This document shows, piece after piece, positions 1-11,926 of a stretch of 64,000 nt of DNA (the stretch's first letter is position 1; every line of letters starts with the position of its first letter). Position numbers and translations under genes: made by a program. The notes beneath the pieces are model-generated. The model saw only the letters and a list, made by a program, of their open reading frames with translations. It was not told the DNA's origin and ran no database searches. Where the stretch lies: NCBI GenBank assembly GCA_951406725.2, contig OX597814.1:123318001-123382000 (forward strand), written 5' to 3'. The stretch comes from Octopus vulgaris (taxonomy: Eukaryota).

Positions 1-7
1 ATGTGTT

Positions 8-44
<37 letters not shown>

Positions 45-685
45 ATAATGGAAGTATTGTATGTATGTATGAGTGTGTGTGTATAGTAGGTAGGCAGATA
101 GGTAGGTAAGTAGGTAGGTAGTTTGATAGTTATCCACCCCCTTTAGTCAATTCAAATACAGAGAAAGCATATACACAAAATAACAGCTGTTGCTTTAGTA
201 AACCCATAAGTTTTGTCTGTTCATCCATGCTGTACTGGGTAAATACCACCAAAGGTAAATACAGAAGAACAATCACTTTTTAACTCCACCCAAGTCCATC
301 TGCCCTATTCCAAAGAGAGACATTGAAAAATCCCAATGTGGTCGTCACTTGACCTGCTAGAAATAGAAGCTAAGTCTCCCATAGATTGCTATTTTAATAA
401 AAAGGACACATTGAATAATGTAGACCTAGAGACAGGATAGTTATGGCCAGAATAGCTTTGATCACGTGTGTGTCTGATCAAGGTTGACCTGGGGCTAAAT
501 AATATCAACTACTGTTGCCAGATGGGGATAACTCTATCTACTGGAAATATCAACCATGTCTCACTCAAATTACACCCTCATTTTAGTAAAGGGTAGCAGC
601 ATTAACAATTTCTTTGTTATCTGACTGCCAGAGATTTCAAGGATAGAATTAGTTACATGCCAGACCCTAACCCCTCCAAAAGAAC

Positions 686-1330
686 ATGCCACTGGAAAGT
701 GTTGTGGTTCATGCTTCTTTTCTCTTAAGTGTTAAAACCCGAGTAGGTAAGATTTTCCTTAGCTTAATAGACAAGTACTTCCCCTGTACAAATAGGTTCA
801 TTAAAATATTTAATAAGCACACCCTGAGAATTTCCTTTAGCTGTACAACCAATGTAAAAAAGATATTAGTAGGTAGACCCATACCTGAGACATAGGCAGG
901 ATGTCCATGTAGGGGTAACTCAATGTGTCCACTGAATGCTCACTGTAATACAGAGGTTGTTGTATATGAGGCAGAAGCAACAGCAATAGGACCAAATTGG
1001 AAACCAAACATACAAAAGTACATGAGAGCAACTGAAGTCCCCTTCAGAATCCACTATAACAACCACAAGTCCTCTAACATCCTGGAGAGATGTAATACCA
1101 CAACTTTGGCCAAGCACATATGGTCATTCAAAAAAAGCACTACCACATACAGAATAAAGTACAGGATTTTAGAGTAATGTAAAGCATACTTCAAAAGCAG
1201 CAGGAAGCACAGATCATGCCTGACTGAGAAAAGAGTGATTTTAAAGGACTCCCAGCGCCCAGGCATCTACCTGAACAGCAGAAGTGAAATTTTTAGTCCT
1301 TGCCCACATAAAAGGAAGTACAACCTATCA
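686..1330 (+). mobile_element. Penelope-like element relic (linker and GIY-YIG endonuclease), frameshifted
   Basis: VKTRVGKIFLSLIDKYFP..KIFNKHTLRISFSC, CPLNAHC..VVYEA, YNNHKSS, LAKHIW, CLTEK, LNSRSE..CPH: the motif order of PLE ORFs, with stops. Confidence 0.8.
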
Positions 1331-2065
1331 TAGCTGCATGTCCCATCATGACTATAATTGCCAGACCCTCAACTTCGGCCCTTCATCATTACCTGGGAGT
1401 CCAGCAAAAAGTTTGACTAATGCACCTACTAACAAACACACATGCTCCAACATGGTGGACACCTACCCAATAGCTTTTATCCACCACCTCCTTGCACACA
1501 CAAAAGGCCCCGCGAATTTAACCAATACATAAAAGAAAGAAAACACACTAACGAATACAGATATGTAACACCCCACCCACCCATCCCTGACAAAGGCTAT
1601 TCATATAGCACCACTAAATGCATTGCATGCCCACAAGAATACCAACCTTAAAGATACATACATTTGCCAAAAACCTTTTTCCAGAAAAATCTCACCAACT
1701 TCCAACAAAACTACTCCCAGAGATGATGCTTTTAATTCCAAGTGACATAGTTCATAACTTAACCACTATTCATTTCAACATCTTTTTCACAGCAACTACA
1801 AACTGGATGTGTCTATTCACCTCCAAAAATAGAGAGTAGCTGCTATATTTCATTTCATAATAGCTACCTCTAAAGAGTGCAGGGTTACATAATTGAACTG
1901 TTACCTAACACTGCATTAGTGTGAAACCAATTGGAAAGATCAACCGTAATGGATATATAATACTGTACACTTTGATTAATATACCCACCCTATTGATAGA
2001 TATATGTGTGCATTTTTCCTGACTTATGGACTCTTATACAGTTTGCACATATATATATATATATA

Positions 2066-2290
2066 CTAGCAGCTAAGCCTGGTTTCACCCGGTCAGTTTG
2101 GATGATGTGGCTGTAAAACCTGCTCTGTGGAAGCATTTGACTTGTTTGGGCATGCTTTTGTTAAAAAACAATTTTAGAATGACTTTTTTCTGTCAAAATG
2201 CTAAAGATAACTGACCAACAAAAAAAAAACAACCAAGAGCAGCCAAACCCAGCAAGCATTGCTGCTGACCATCTCTTCGAAGTGTTATTT
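2066..2290 (-). mobile_element. Helitron-like non-autonomous element, 3' end
   Basis: On the minus strand it ends in CTAG preceded by a GC hairpin (ccgggtgaaaccagg) and abuts (TA)n. The far boundary is uncertain. Confidence 0.45.
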
Positions 2291-2364
2291 ACCTAAATTC
2301 AGTGGAATACATACACTGGTTTTCAAAAATAGAAATAATATTTCTAAATCTCTCTAAAGGCTGT

Positions 2365-2407
2365 TCTACATTGATAAAGGGCAAATACCCCGAAACTAGT
2401 CTGTAGA
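2365..2407 (+). ncRNA. Minimal type I hammerhead ribozyme motif, U3:A8 variant
   Basis: tctaca-TTGATAA-aggg caaata cccc-GAAA-CTAG-TC-tgtaga: 6-bp stem I, palindromic stem III, GUC cleavage triplet. Confidence 0.7.
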
Positions 2408-2579
2408 TGCCAGACCAGCAAGGAGAAGTGGCTGACCTCCCCTGTTCGAAGGTTATAATGGACACAGGTTCATGTATCACATAGCTAGCTAGAGGCGATA
2501 GCCTCTTGGAGCTAATCAACGGCAGCATCCGCCCTATTTTCCTGGAATGCCATGTTAGCTTGGCAATAACTATTAACAT

Positions 2580-2630
<51 letters not shown>

Positions 2631-3114
2631 TATATACCGGAGTAAACACATAAATGTGAAACAATGTGAATTTCTGCTGCTTTTAAATAAAGTATATATA
2701 TATATATACAACATGCTTCTCTCAGTTTCCATCTACCAAATCCACTCACAAGACTTTGGTCAGCCTGTGGCTATAGTAGAAGGCACTTGCCCATGGTGCC
2801 ATGCAATGAGCCCAAAACCATGTGGCTGAGGAGCAAACTTCTTACCACACAGCCACGCCTATTGTATAATAATTATTTCAACTATAGATACAAGGCCTGA
2901 AACTTTTGGTAGGAGTGAGGCTAGTCAATTACACTGACCCCCAGTTCTTAACTGGTATTTAATTTATCATTTGCGAAATGATGCAAAACAAAGTCAATCT
3001 CAGAAGAATTGGAACTAAGACCATAGAGACAGATGAAACACCGCGAAGCATTTTGTCTGGTGTGCTAACAATTCTGCCAGCTACTGCCTTAATCTTATTG
3101 TATAATATTACCAA

Positions 3115-3300
3115 CAGGGATGTAGCTAAGGTGAAGCAAGCAGGCCACATGCCCTGGGTGCCGCTTTGAGGTGGGGCACAATTTTGGTCAAGATCATTTT
3201 CTAATTAAGCCATTTCTATGCGAGTCAACACTTTTTGGCTGGTGGGGGGGTGCAATTTTGACACTTGCCCTGGGTGCCGTTTACCCTGGCTATGCCCCTG
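3115..3300. mobile_element. hAT-type MITE
   Basis: Imperfect TIRs cagggatgtagcta / tggctatgcccctg. 8-bp TSD attaccaa (3107-3114) / attaccag (3301-3308). Confidence 0.7.
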
Positions 3301-5437
3301 ATTACCAGTCTAATTTTCTTCAATTCACACCCAAGTGTTTTTGAAAAAAGAACACATTTGGCAATGTAATCCAAGACTTATTACGGCTGTGTGATTAAGA
3401 AGTTTGTTTCCCAACTATACTGTCTTGGGTTCTATAGTCCAAAGCCAATCAAAGCCTTGTGAGTGGATTTGGTAGAAAGAAACTTACAGAAGCCTATCAT
3501 GTGTGTGTGTGTGTGTGCCCATGTGTGAGTGTGTGTGTGTGTGTGTGTGCCCATGTTGAGGCATCACTTGGTTGTAAATAGGCATCATTATCATCATTAT
3601 ACAGTTAGATTCTTCATTTCCAATCTTTTGTGAAAAGCATGTCTGACCACTGGAAAAATATTGCCTTAAATGGAAACAGGTGCAGGTTGGTCACAGAACA
3701 GGCACATGGCTGTAGAAAATTTGCCTCAACAGATTCTAGCTGACACATGCAAGCTTGGAAAAGTGGACATAAATAATGATGATGATGAATAAAAGATGGA
3801 ATGGTCAAGCATGACCCTAGGTATGCTATATGAAGAGTGACTTGGAACTAAGCAACAACACATATAGTGCCAACCAGCAGCATATCAGGAACAGGACCAC
3901 AAGGGTAGTTGTCCTATGTTCAAAATTTTTAGGGGTGCAAAACTTCAGAAGAAAAAGCTATAAAATAGCAATAATAAATAAAAAATATAGCACACTCTGC
4001 CGTCAGTACCTGCTTTGCCCTGAGGCCTGACAACCCACTCTGTGCCACTGGTGCCTACAACATGGTTAGTCAGCCTGCTAGAAAAAGTAAGTATATGTCT
4101 TTCAAATCTTACTCTCTCACCTTAAAATAAAAAGCAAATGACATATTCTTTTCTACTTTAGGCACGAGGCTCAAAATTTTGTGGGAGGGGGGCCAGTCAA
4201 TTAGACTGACCCCTGTATGCAACTGGTACTTAATTTATCAACTCTGAAAGGATGAAAGGCAAAGTCAACCTTGGTGGAATTTGAACTCAGAACGTAAAGA
4301 TAGATAGAATAAAAGCAAATGACATATTGAGTAATATAGTCCTTTATACAGCAAGTCAGCATAAAGGACAGGATAGTCATGGTTAGAATATTTCAATCAT
4401 AGGTATACTGGATCAGAACTGGCCTAGAGCTAAACAACAACAACAGCATTACCATCAATACCATGCCACCAACAGCAGCACACCTTTTATTTCAATCATT
4501 AGACTGTGGCCATGCTGGAGCATGGCCTCGAAGAATTTTAATTAAATGAATCGACCCCAATACTTATTTTTAAAGCCTGGTACTTATTCTATCAGTCTCC
4601 CTTGCTGAACTGTAAAGTTATAGGGATGTAAACACAGCAACACTGGTTGTCAAGCAGTGGTGAGGGATAAACACACACACACACATAATTGTGTATGTAT
4701 ATATATATATATATAATCATCATCATCATCGTTTAACGTCCACTTTCCATGCTGGCATGGGTTGGATGGTTTGACTAAGGACTTGCAAGCCAAGAGGCTG
4801 CACCAGGCTCCAATCTGATATGGCAAGGTATCTACAGATGGATGCCCTTCCTAACACCAACCACTCTGAGAGTGTAGTGGGTAGTTTTATGTGCCACCGG
4901 CGTGGATACCAATCAGGCGGTACTGGCATCAGCCACAACTGTGACTTCTCTTGACTCAACAGGTCTTTGCGAGCACAGTTTATTGCCCAATGATTGAAGG
5001 GTACTCTTAAATGGGCCAGTTATGCTACACTGGCATAGGTCACAGCTATGATCTCACACATGCATACATATATATATATATATATATATATGAGCGTCCA
5101 ATAACACTATACTTGTTCCACGTCCTCGCGTTGTTGTGTTTTCATGTTTGGATTACATACATGCATGCATGCATACATACATACATACCTACATATATAC
5201 ACACACATATATACGACGGGCTTCTTTCAGTTTCCATCTACCAAATCCACTCACAAGGCTTTGGTCGGCCCGAGGCTATAGTAGAAGACATTTGCTCAAG
5301 GTGCCACGCAGTGGGACTGAACCCGGAACCATGTGGTTGGTAAGCAAGCTACTTACATACATATATTTATATATAACTTATGATGGAAGTAAACAAAGTT
5401 TGCTTTAGAAGTGTGGAGATGTATTGAAAGATACAGA

Positions 5438-5632
5438 AATAATTTATTCTCAAATGCATGATAATACTAATAAAATTGCATGAACAGGATAAATTATCCA
5501 TATATTGCAGAAAAATACATTACCGGCCAGATGGCTGGCTGGCTGGTAACGTATTTTTCTGCAATATATGGATAGTTTAACCAGTTCGCGCTATTTTATT
5601 AGCATTATCACGCGTTTAAGAATAAATTATTT
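5438..5632. repeat. Diverged foldback inverted repeat (~90-bp arms)
   Basis: aaataatttattctc...aaaaatacattacc pairs with ggtaacgtatttttc...aagaataaattattt. Several mismatches fall at CpG positions. Confidence 0.8.
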
Positions 5633-5666
5633 ATGTAGCTTTGAATATATATATGTATATATATAT

Positions 5667-5790
5667 AAAGCCTTCGAACATGGAGAAAGCCTTCGAACAT
5701 GGAGAAAGCCTTCGAACATGGAGAAAGCCTTCGAACATGGAGAAAGCCTTCGAACATGGAGAAAGCCTTCGAACATGGAGAAAGCCTTCG
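5667..5790 (+). repeat. 19-bp tandem array (6.5 copies) at the LINE 5' truncation point
   Basis: Unit aaagccttcgaacatggag, perfect copies, running directly into the LINE RT sequence MEKAFDRVPR. Confidence 0.95.
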
Positions 5791-6995
5791 ACAGGGTCCC
5801 CCGATCCCTTATCTGGTGGGCAATGAGGAAACTAGGGATAGATGAATGGTTAGTGAGAACTGTGCGGGCCATGTATAGGGACGCCGCTAGTAGGGTGAGG
5901 GTTGGAAATGTGTACAGTGAAGAATTCCGGGTAGAGGTAGGAGTCCACCAAGGCTCAGTACTCAGCCCCCTCCTATTTATCATAGTCCTCCAGGCAATAA
6001 CGGAGGAATTCAAGACAGGATGCCCTTGGGAGCTCCTCTATGCTGATGACCTTGCTCTAATTGCTGAGTCGCTATCAGAACTGGAGGAGAAGTTTCAGGT
6101 GTGGAAACAAGGATTAGAATCGAAGGGCCTCAGAGTCAATCTAGCTAAAACCAAAGTCGTAATCAGTAGGAAGGTAGACAAATCACAAACACCTTCAGGT
6201 AGATGGCCCTGCTCGATCTGTAGAAAAGGTGTAGGTAGAAACTCTATAAGATGCACCAAGTGTAAGCTATGGACACATAAGAGATGCAGCAATGTCAAAG
6301 GAAGGCTAACTAGGAAGATGGTTTTTGTATGTGGCAGATGCTCAGGAACAATAAACACTGAAAATGCTCTGAGACCAACTTCCGTCACTTTCCAGGGAGA
6401 AAAACTAGAAATAGTTGATAGTTTCCGTTACCTAGGTGACCAAGTCAGCAGCGGGGGCGGGTGTGCTGAAAGTGTAACTGCTAGAGTAAGAATAGCTTGG
6501 GCAAAGTTCAGAGAGCTCTTACCTCTGCTGGTGACAAAAGGCCTCTCGCACAGAGTGAAAGGCAGACTGTATGATGCGTGTGTACGAACAGCCATGCTAC
6601 ATGGCAGTGAAACATGGGCCGTGACTGCTGAGGATATGCGTAAGCTCGCTAGAAATGAAGCCAGTATGCTCCGATGGATGTGTAATGCCGGTACTCACAC
6701 TCGGCAGAGTGTAAGTACCTTGAGAGAAAAGCTGGACCTAAGAAGCAACAGTTGTGGTGTGCAAGAGAGACGTTTGCGCTGGTATGGTCATGTGGCGAGA
6801 ATGGATGAAGATAGTTGTGTGAAAAAGTGCCACACCCTAGCGGTTGAGGGAACCTGTGGAAGAGGCAGACCCAGGAAAACCTGGGACGAGGTGGTGAAGC
6901 ACGACCTTCGAACTTTAGGTCTCACTGAGGAAATGACTAGAGACCGAGACCTCTGGAAGTGTGCTGTGCGCGAGAAGACCCGGCAGGACAAGTGA
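5775..6995 (+). CDS. RTE-clade LINE ORF2 fragment: reverse transcriptase with inserted Cys/His (PHD-like) finger, 5'-truncated, uninterrupted frame
   Basis: KAFDRVPR, GVHQGSVLSPLLF, LLYADDL, FRYLG, MLHGSETW, RLRWYGHV, GRGRPRKTW; the finger CSIC..C..C..H..C..CGRC lies inside the RT. Confidence 0.93.
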   Translation: MEKAFDRVPRSLIWWAMRKLGIDEWLVRTVRAMYRDAASRVRVGNVYSEEFRVEVGVHQGSVLSPLLFIIVLQAITEEFKTGCPWELLYADDLALIAESLSELEEKFQVWKQGLESKGLRVNLAKTKVVISRKVDKSQTPSGRWPCSICRKGVGRNSIRCTKCKLWTHKRCSNVKGRLTRKMVFVCGRCSGTINTENALRPTSVTFQGEKLEIVDSFRYLGDQVSSGGGCAESVTARVRIAWAKFRELLPLLVTKGLSHRVKGRLYDACVRTAMLHGSETWAVTAEDMRKLARNEASMLRWMCNAGTHTRQSVSTLREKLDLRSNSCGVQERRLRWYGHVARMDEDSCVKKCHTLAVEGTCGRGRPRKTWDEVVKHDLRTLGLTEEMTRDRDLWKCAVREKTRQDK

Positions 6996-7593
6996 GTCCA
7001 TAACCCGTGGCCTTCTACATGGGATGGAGCTGGCCTACGTATGCATACCTTCCCTTCTTGGGACACAAAACTCTACTTGTGAAGACGTGTTGAGGCAAGT
7101 GAGGATCAGAATCGAAATCGATCAATGGAAATTGCGGATGTGCTACCAGTGCCGGTGGCATGTCAAAACTCTGCTTGTGAAGACCCGTTGAGGCAAGTGA
7201 GGATCAGAATCGAAATCGATCAATGGAAATTGCAGATGTGTTACCAGTGCCGGTGGCATGTAAGAGAACTTTCCGTTTCGCGACCGTTGCCAGCACCGCC
7301 CCGTTTCGTGTCCGTTGCCAGCCTCGCCTGGCCCTCGTGCCGGTGGCACATAAAAAGCACCATCCGTTCGTGGCCGTTTGCCAGCTCTGTCTGGCACCAG
7401 TGCGGGTGGCACGTAAAAAGCACCCACTACACTCACGGAGTGGTTGGCGTTAGGAAGGGCATCCAGCCGTAGAAACACTGCCAGATTTGACTGGGCCTGA
7501 TGAAGCCTTCTGGCTTCACAGACCCCAGTAGAACCGTCCAACCCATGCTAGCATGGAAAACGGACGCTAAACGATGATGATGATGATGATGAT
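5775..7593 (+). mobile_element. 5'-truncated RTE LINE with 3' UTR and (GAT)n tail
   Basis: ORF followed by a 3' UTR with a 98-bp tandem duplication (starts 7066 and 7164), ending ...aaacgatgatgatg. The same 3' end recurs many times in the window. Confidence 0.9.
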
Positions 7594-7907
7594 GTTAAGG
7601 ATAATTTCAGATAGGCTCGATAATTTATTTATACATATATTCTGTCATAGAGTGATGCATATCAGTCTTTTAAATATTACCAATGTATCAGTCATTAAAA
7701 TATTAAAACATATTAAAAATTCATAAATACACAAATACATAAAAATTTAATATACATATATAAATATATGAGTGTAAATAGGTTAGAACAACTTTGTAAA
7801 AGTTATTAAGAATAAAAGTATGCCCTTACAAAAAGGTGAAGAAAGTAAAATCTTCCAAAGAGCAATTAAGAGAACGTCATAGCATTGCGGTTGGAATATT
7901 TCAAAGA

Positions 7908-8312
7908 TCATCATCATCATCATCGTTTAACATCCGTTTTCCATGCTAGCATGGGTTGGACAGTTCGACCGGGGTCTGGGAAGCCAAGAAGCTGCACCAG
8001 GCTCCAGTCTGATCTGGCAGTGTTTCTACAGCTGGATGCCCTTTCTAATGCCAACCACTCCGTGAGTGTAGTGGGTGCTTTTTACGTACCACTGGCACAG
8101 GTGCCAGGGGAGCCTGGCAGCGGCCACATCAGTTGGTGCTTTTTACGTGCCACCAGCACGGAAGCCAGTCAAGGTGATGCTGGCATCAGCCACATTCGGA
8201 TGGTGCTATTTACGTGCCACCAGCACAGGTATCACAACTACAATTTCCATTTGATTTTTATTTTGATGTTGATGTACTTGACTCAATAGGTTTCCTCAAG
8301 CACAGCAGGTCA
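7908..8312 (-). mobile_element. RTE 3'-end-derived short element with (GAT)n tail (representative; similar copies near 4717, 19825, 21430, 32345, 32810, 35945, 36855, 44410, 54670, 57155, 63405, 63895)
   Basis: Reverse complement of the 7300-7593 LINE tail (cacccactacactc..gaagggcatccagctgtagaaac..aacccatgctagcatggaaa..gatgat). Confidence 0.85.
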
Positions 8313-8651
8313 TATGTAAATAATCTGAGAGAATAAGTAATGTTGTTAAGGTAAAATGTTGATGGAAATCCTCTTACGGTTGTTTCAGGGGTACAGTAAT
8401 CCATAGATTTAAGGGTGTTTTCATTCCGAAAATTGGCTACTTCTTCCTTCATCAGAGAGTTTCTTATTCAGGATTTCACCTATATATAGAGAAAGAGAGA
8501 GACAGAGAGAAGTTATGAGAGGTAATGGTGTCAGTGAGACCCAAAGGTGTCGGGTAATGCTGAATAAGTGCTATGAATACACCATAGTTAAGTTCCAGGT
8601 TCGGTGATTATGCGAATAAGGGGTCCAACTTTGGTCATATATCAGCGTGTG

Positions 8652-9072
8652 TATATAAATTTTTTTTTTCCGTAATGAGATATAAAACCAAGGCTGTGTA
8701 GATTTTAGAACATTTATAAATAGAAGGTCTTACAGCTGTTTCTAGGATATTTATTATATCCCTTCATTGGAGACGGTTTGAGAAGATGGTTAAGTAATAG
8801 TTAATTTAGATAAGATACGAAATAGAGAGTGAGGTGGAGGAATGAAAATAGATGTGAGATATGCAGAGATATTGTATTTTCATTCCTCCACCTCACTCTC
8901 TATTTCGTATCTTATCTAAATTAACTATTGCTTAACCATCTTCTCAAACCGTCTCTGATGAAGGGATATAATAAATATCCTAGAAACAGCTGTAAGATCT
9001 TCTATTTATAAATGTTCTAAAATCTACACAGCCTTGGTTTTTTATCTCATTATGGAAAAAAAAATTTATATA
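8652..9072. repeat. Foldback inverted repeat (~198-bp arms, 24-nt spacer), PLE pseudo-LTR-like
   Basis: 8652-8850 is the near-perfect reverse complement of 8875-9072; each arm contains a hammerhead motif. Confidence 0.92.
8951..8998 (+). ncRNA. Minimal type I hammerhead ribozyme motif, canonical C3:G8 core
   Basis: gtct-CTGATGA-a gggatat aataa atatcct a-GAAA-CAGCTG-TA-agat; palindromic stem III as described for PLE hammerheads. Confidence 0.75.
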
Positions 9073-9636
9073 TATATATACATATATATAGACAGGCTTC
9101 TTTCAGTTTCTGTTTACCAAATCCATTCACAAGGCTTTGGTCAGTCCAAAGCTATAATGACAATAATAAAAGACACTTGCCCAAGGTGCCGCGAAGTGGT
9201 TGGGAATAAGATTTCTTACCACCAGCCACCCAAAAACAACAACAGCACAAGCAACGGCTCCATACTACCAACAACATCACAACAAAAGGGAAAACAACAC
9301 CAAAGAGCAATCGTTCTTAGCTTTTTTGTTTTTTGTTTATGGAACACTTTCATTCCTATTTTGTTCAATTGGACCCTCACAGCCATTTGATGTACATAAA
9401 AAAACACCCTGCTGTGTTTTTATAATTAAATAATATCAGGAATTCTTTTATTCTTTTACTTGTTTAAGTCATTTGACTGTGGCCATGCTGAAGCACCACA
9501 TTATTTTTTATAAGTCTGGTTCTTATTCTATCGGTCCCTTCTGCCGCTGTTAAGTTACGGTGATGTAAACACAACATCAGTTGTCAAATGATGGAGTGGG
9601 GAACAAATACAGACACAAAGACACACACATTAATAT

Positions 9637-9675
<39 letters not shown>

Positions 9676-10580
9676 GGGCTTCTTTTAGTTTCCTTCTACC
9701 ACACTCACAAGGCTTTGGTCAGCCTGAGGCTGTAGTAGACAATACTAACCCAAGGTGCTAAAAAAATTAAAATATTTGATGTAGCTTGCTTACCAACCAT
9801 ATGGTTCTGGGTTCAGTCCCACTGCATGGCACCTTGGGCAAGTGTCTTCTACTATAGCCTTGGGCTGACCAAAGCCTTGTGAGTGGATTTGGTAAACGGA
9901 ACCTGAAAGAAGCCTGTCAAATGTGTATGTGTGTTTATTTTTTCATGTATCTGTGTTTTTTCCCTCACCATCACTTGACAACTTGGTGTGTTTACTTCCC
10001 CGTAACTTAGCAGTTCAGCAAAAGAAACCGATAGAATAAGTACTAGGCTTACAAAGAATAAGTCCTGGGATCGATTTGTTTGACTAAAAGCAGTGCTCCA
10101 GCATAGCTGCAGTCAAATAAATGAAACATATAAAGGAATATTATAGAAGTATAACCAATTTATTGCAGATAAATTTTAGCAAAAAATCTTATCTGGATTC
10201 TCAAGGGTTGCATGGATCCTGGTTGCAAAACGCTGCATAGAGGAAGCTTCTATATGGTTGCATGATCTTCCTGAAATAACAGCATAAAAGATGGTATCGT
10301 CAAGGCTGAAATAGGACTGCTGACCTGGGACTAAACAGTAACAATGAAATACTACACCTCCAAGAACAACATCACACCACACTTCCAACAACAGCAACAG
10401 CAGCAACAATAACAATACAATAATTGCCTTAAGCTATTGACAACACCACTTTAGAACCAAACATGCCACAGCTGTTACAACCATCATCATCACCCTGTAA
10501 CACCACTACCACTAGTAGCAGCGCTACCACCACCTCCACCACTACTACCAGTAGCACCCTAACCAATGCTACTACTGCTG

Positions 10581-10611
<31 letters not shown>

Positions 10612-10622
10612 CACCAGTAGTT

Positions 10623-10677
<55 letters not shown>

Positions 10678-10690
10678 AAGAAACATCATA

Positions 10691-10896
10691 AGGCAGCGAG
10701 CTGGCAGAAACGTTAGCACACCGGGCAAAATACATTTATGAGTTCAAATTCCTCCGAGGTCGACTTTGCCTTTCATCCTTTCAGGGTTGATAAATTAAGT
10801 ACCAATTATGCACTGGGTTCAATGTAATCGACTTAATCCCTTTGTCTGTCTTTGCTTGTCCCCTCTATGTTTAGCTCCTTGTGGGTAGTAAAGAAA
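10691..10896 (+). mobile_element. tRNA-derived SINE family A (other copies ~11558-11778 minus, 25535-25933, 30271-30498, 30923-31162, 46901-47132, 52370-52602, 52943-53170 minus, 55120-55615, 62105-62320, 63158-63360)
   Basis: Head ggcgagctggcagaa (A-box-like), B box gttcaaattcc, shared body gactttgcctttcatcctttcggggtcgat, tail aaagaaata; several copies have TSDs. Confidence 0.85.
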
Positions 10897-11926
10897 CAAG
10901 AAGAAGCATCACCAGTAGCACCATAAAAAAAAACACCACCATTGCCAGTAATACCACCACCACCACCATCATCACCAACACCTACACCACTACAATCACC
11001 ACCACCACTACCAGTGTCACCACCATCACCACCACCAACAACACCAAAAACTAACAGCACTACCACCACCACTACTACTATCAGTAGCATCACCAAAACC
11101 AGCACACCACCACCTCCACCACCACCCCAACAGCACCACTGACAGTATTATCAAAAACATCAGTACCATGAGCCAGCCATGTGGCCAGGTTTGGTATATA
11201 TATATATATTTGGTATACATATCTGTTCCCGGTAATATGTAGGTGTAAATAGTAACTAAATATCCTTACTGGTGTATTATTACAGTCTAGTAACTAACTC
11301 TCACTCCTCTAAAAATTTCTGGCCTTGTGCCTTTGTAAGAAAATTTTTTTTCCTTATACACGTACACACACACACACACAGAGAAAGAAAAACAGATACC
11401 CTGAAAGAGAGTGAGAGAGAGATATTTATATCTACAATTATATGTTTTTACCCAGTAAATTTTTACAAAAAAATACAATGTTATCTATCTATCATCTATC
11501 TATCTATCTACCTCTCTATCTATCTATATATCTATTTATTTATCTGTCTATCTTATTTCTTTATTACCCACAAGAGGCTAAACATAGAGGGGACAAACAA
11601 GGACAGACAAAGGGATTAAGTCGATTACATCAACCCTAGCGCGTAACTAGTACTTAATTTATCGACCCCGAAGGATGAAAAGCAAAGTCGACCTCAGCGG
11701 AATTTGAACTCAGAACATAAAGACTGACGAAATACTACTAAGCATTTCACCCGGCATGCTAACGATTCTGCCAGCTTGATCTATCTGTCTGCATACATGT
11801 ATATATGGGTGTGTCTGTGTGTGTATGTATATACATGTATGTATATATATATTTATATTATATTGAGGGTACTACTATTCGTAGGTACCATACGCTAAGA
11901 GGGACTAGTCCCTCTTAGCGTATGGT

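Noticed and set aside
5667-5790. CRISPR-like regular short repeats
   Set aside because: No spacers; it is a pure tandem 19-mer derived from the adjacent LINE in eukaryotic DNA.
10176-10330. Possible exon in non-repetitive sequence
   Set aside because: No recognisable domain in any frame and no partner exons identified.
10429-11142. Mucin- or extensin-like ORFs (poly-T/S/P; also 31599-32106)
   Set aside because: Trinucleotide microsatellites (ACT, AGT, ACC) running into SINEs, without splice support.
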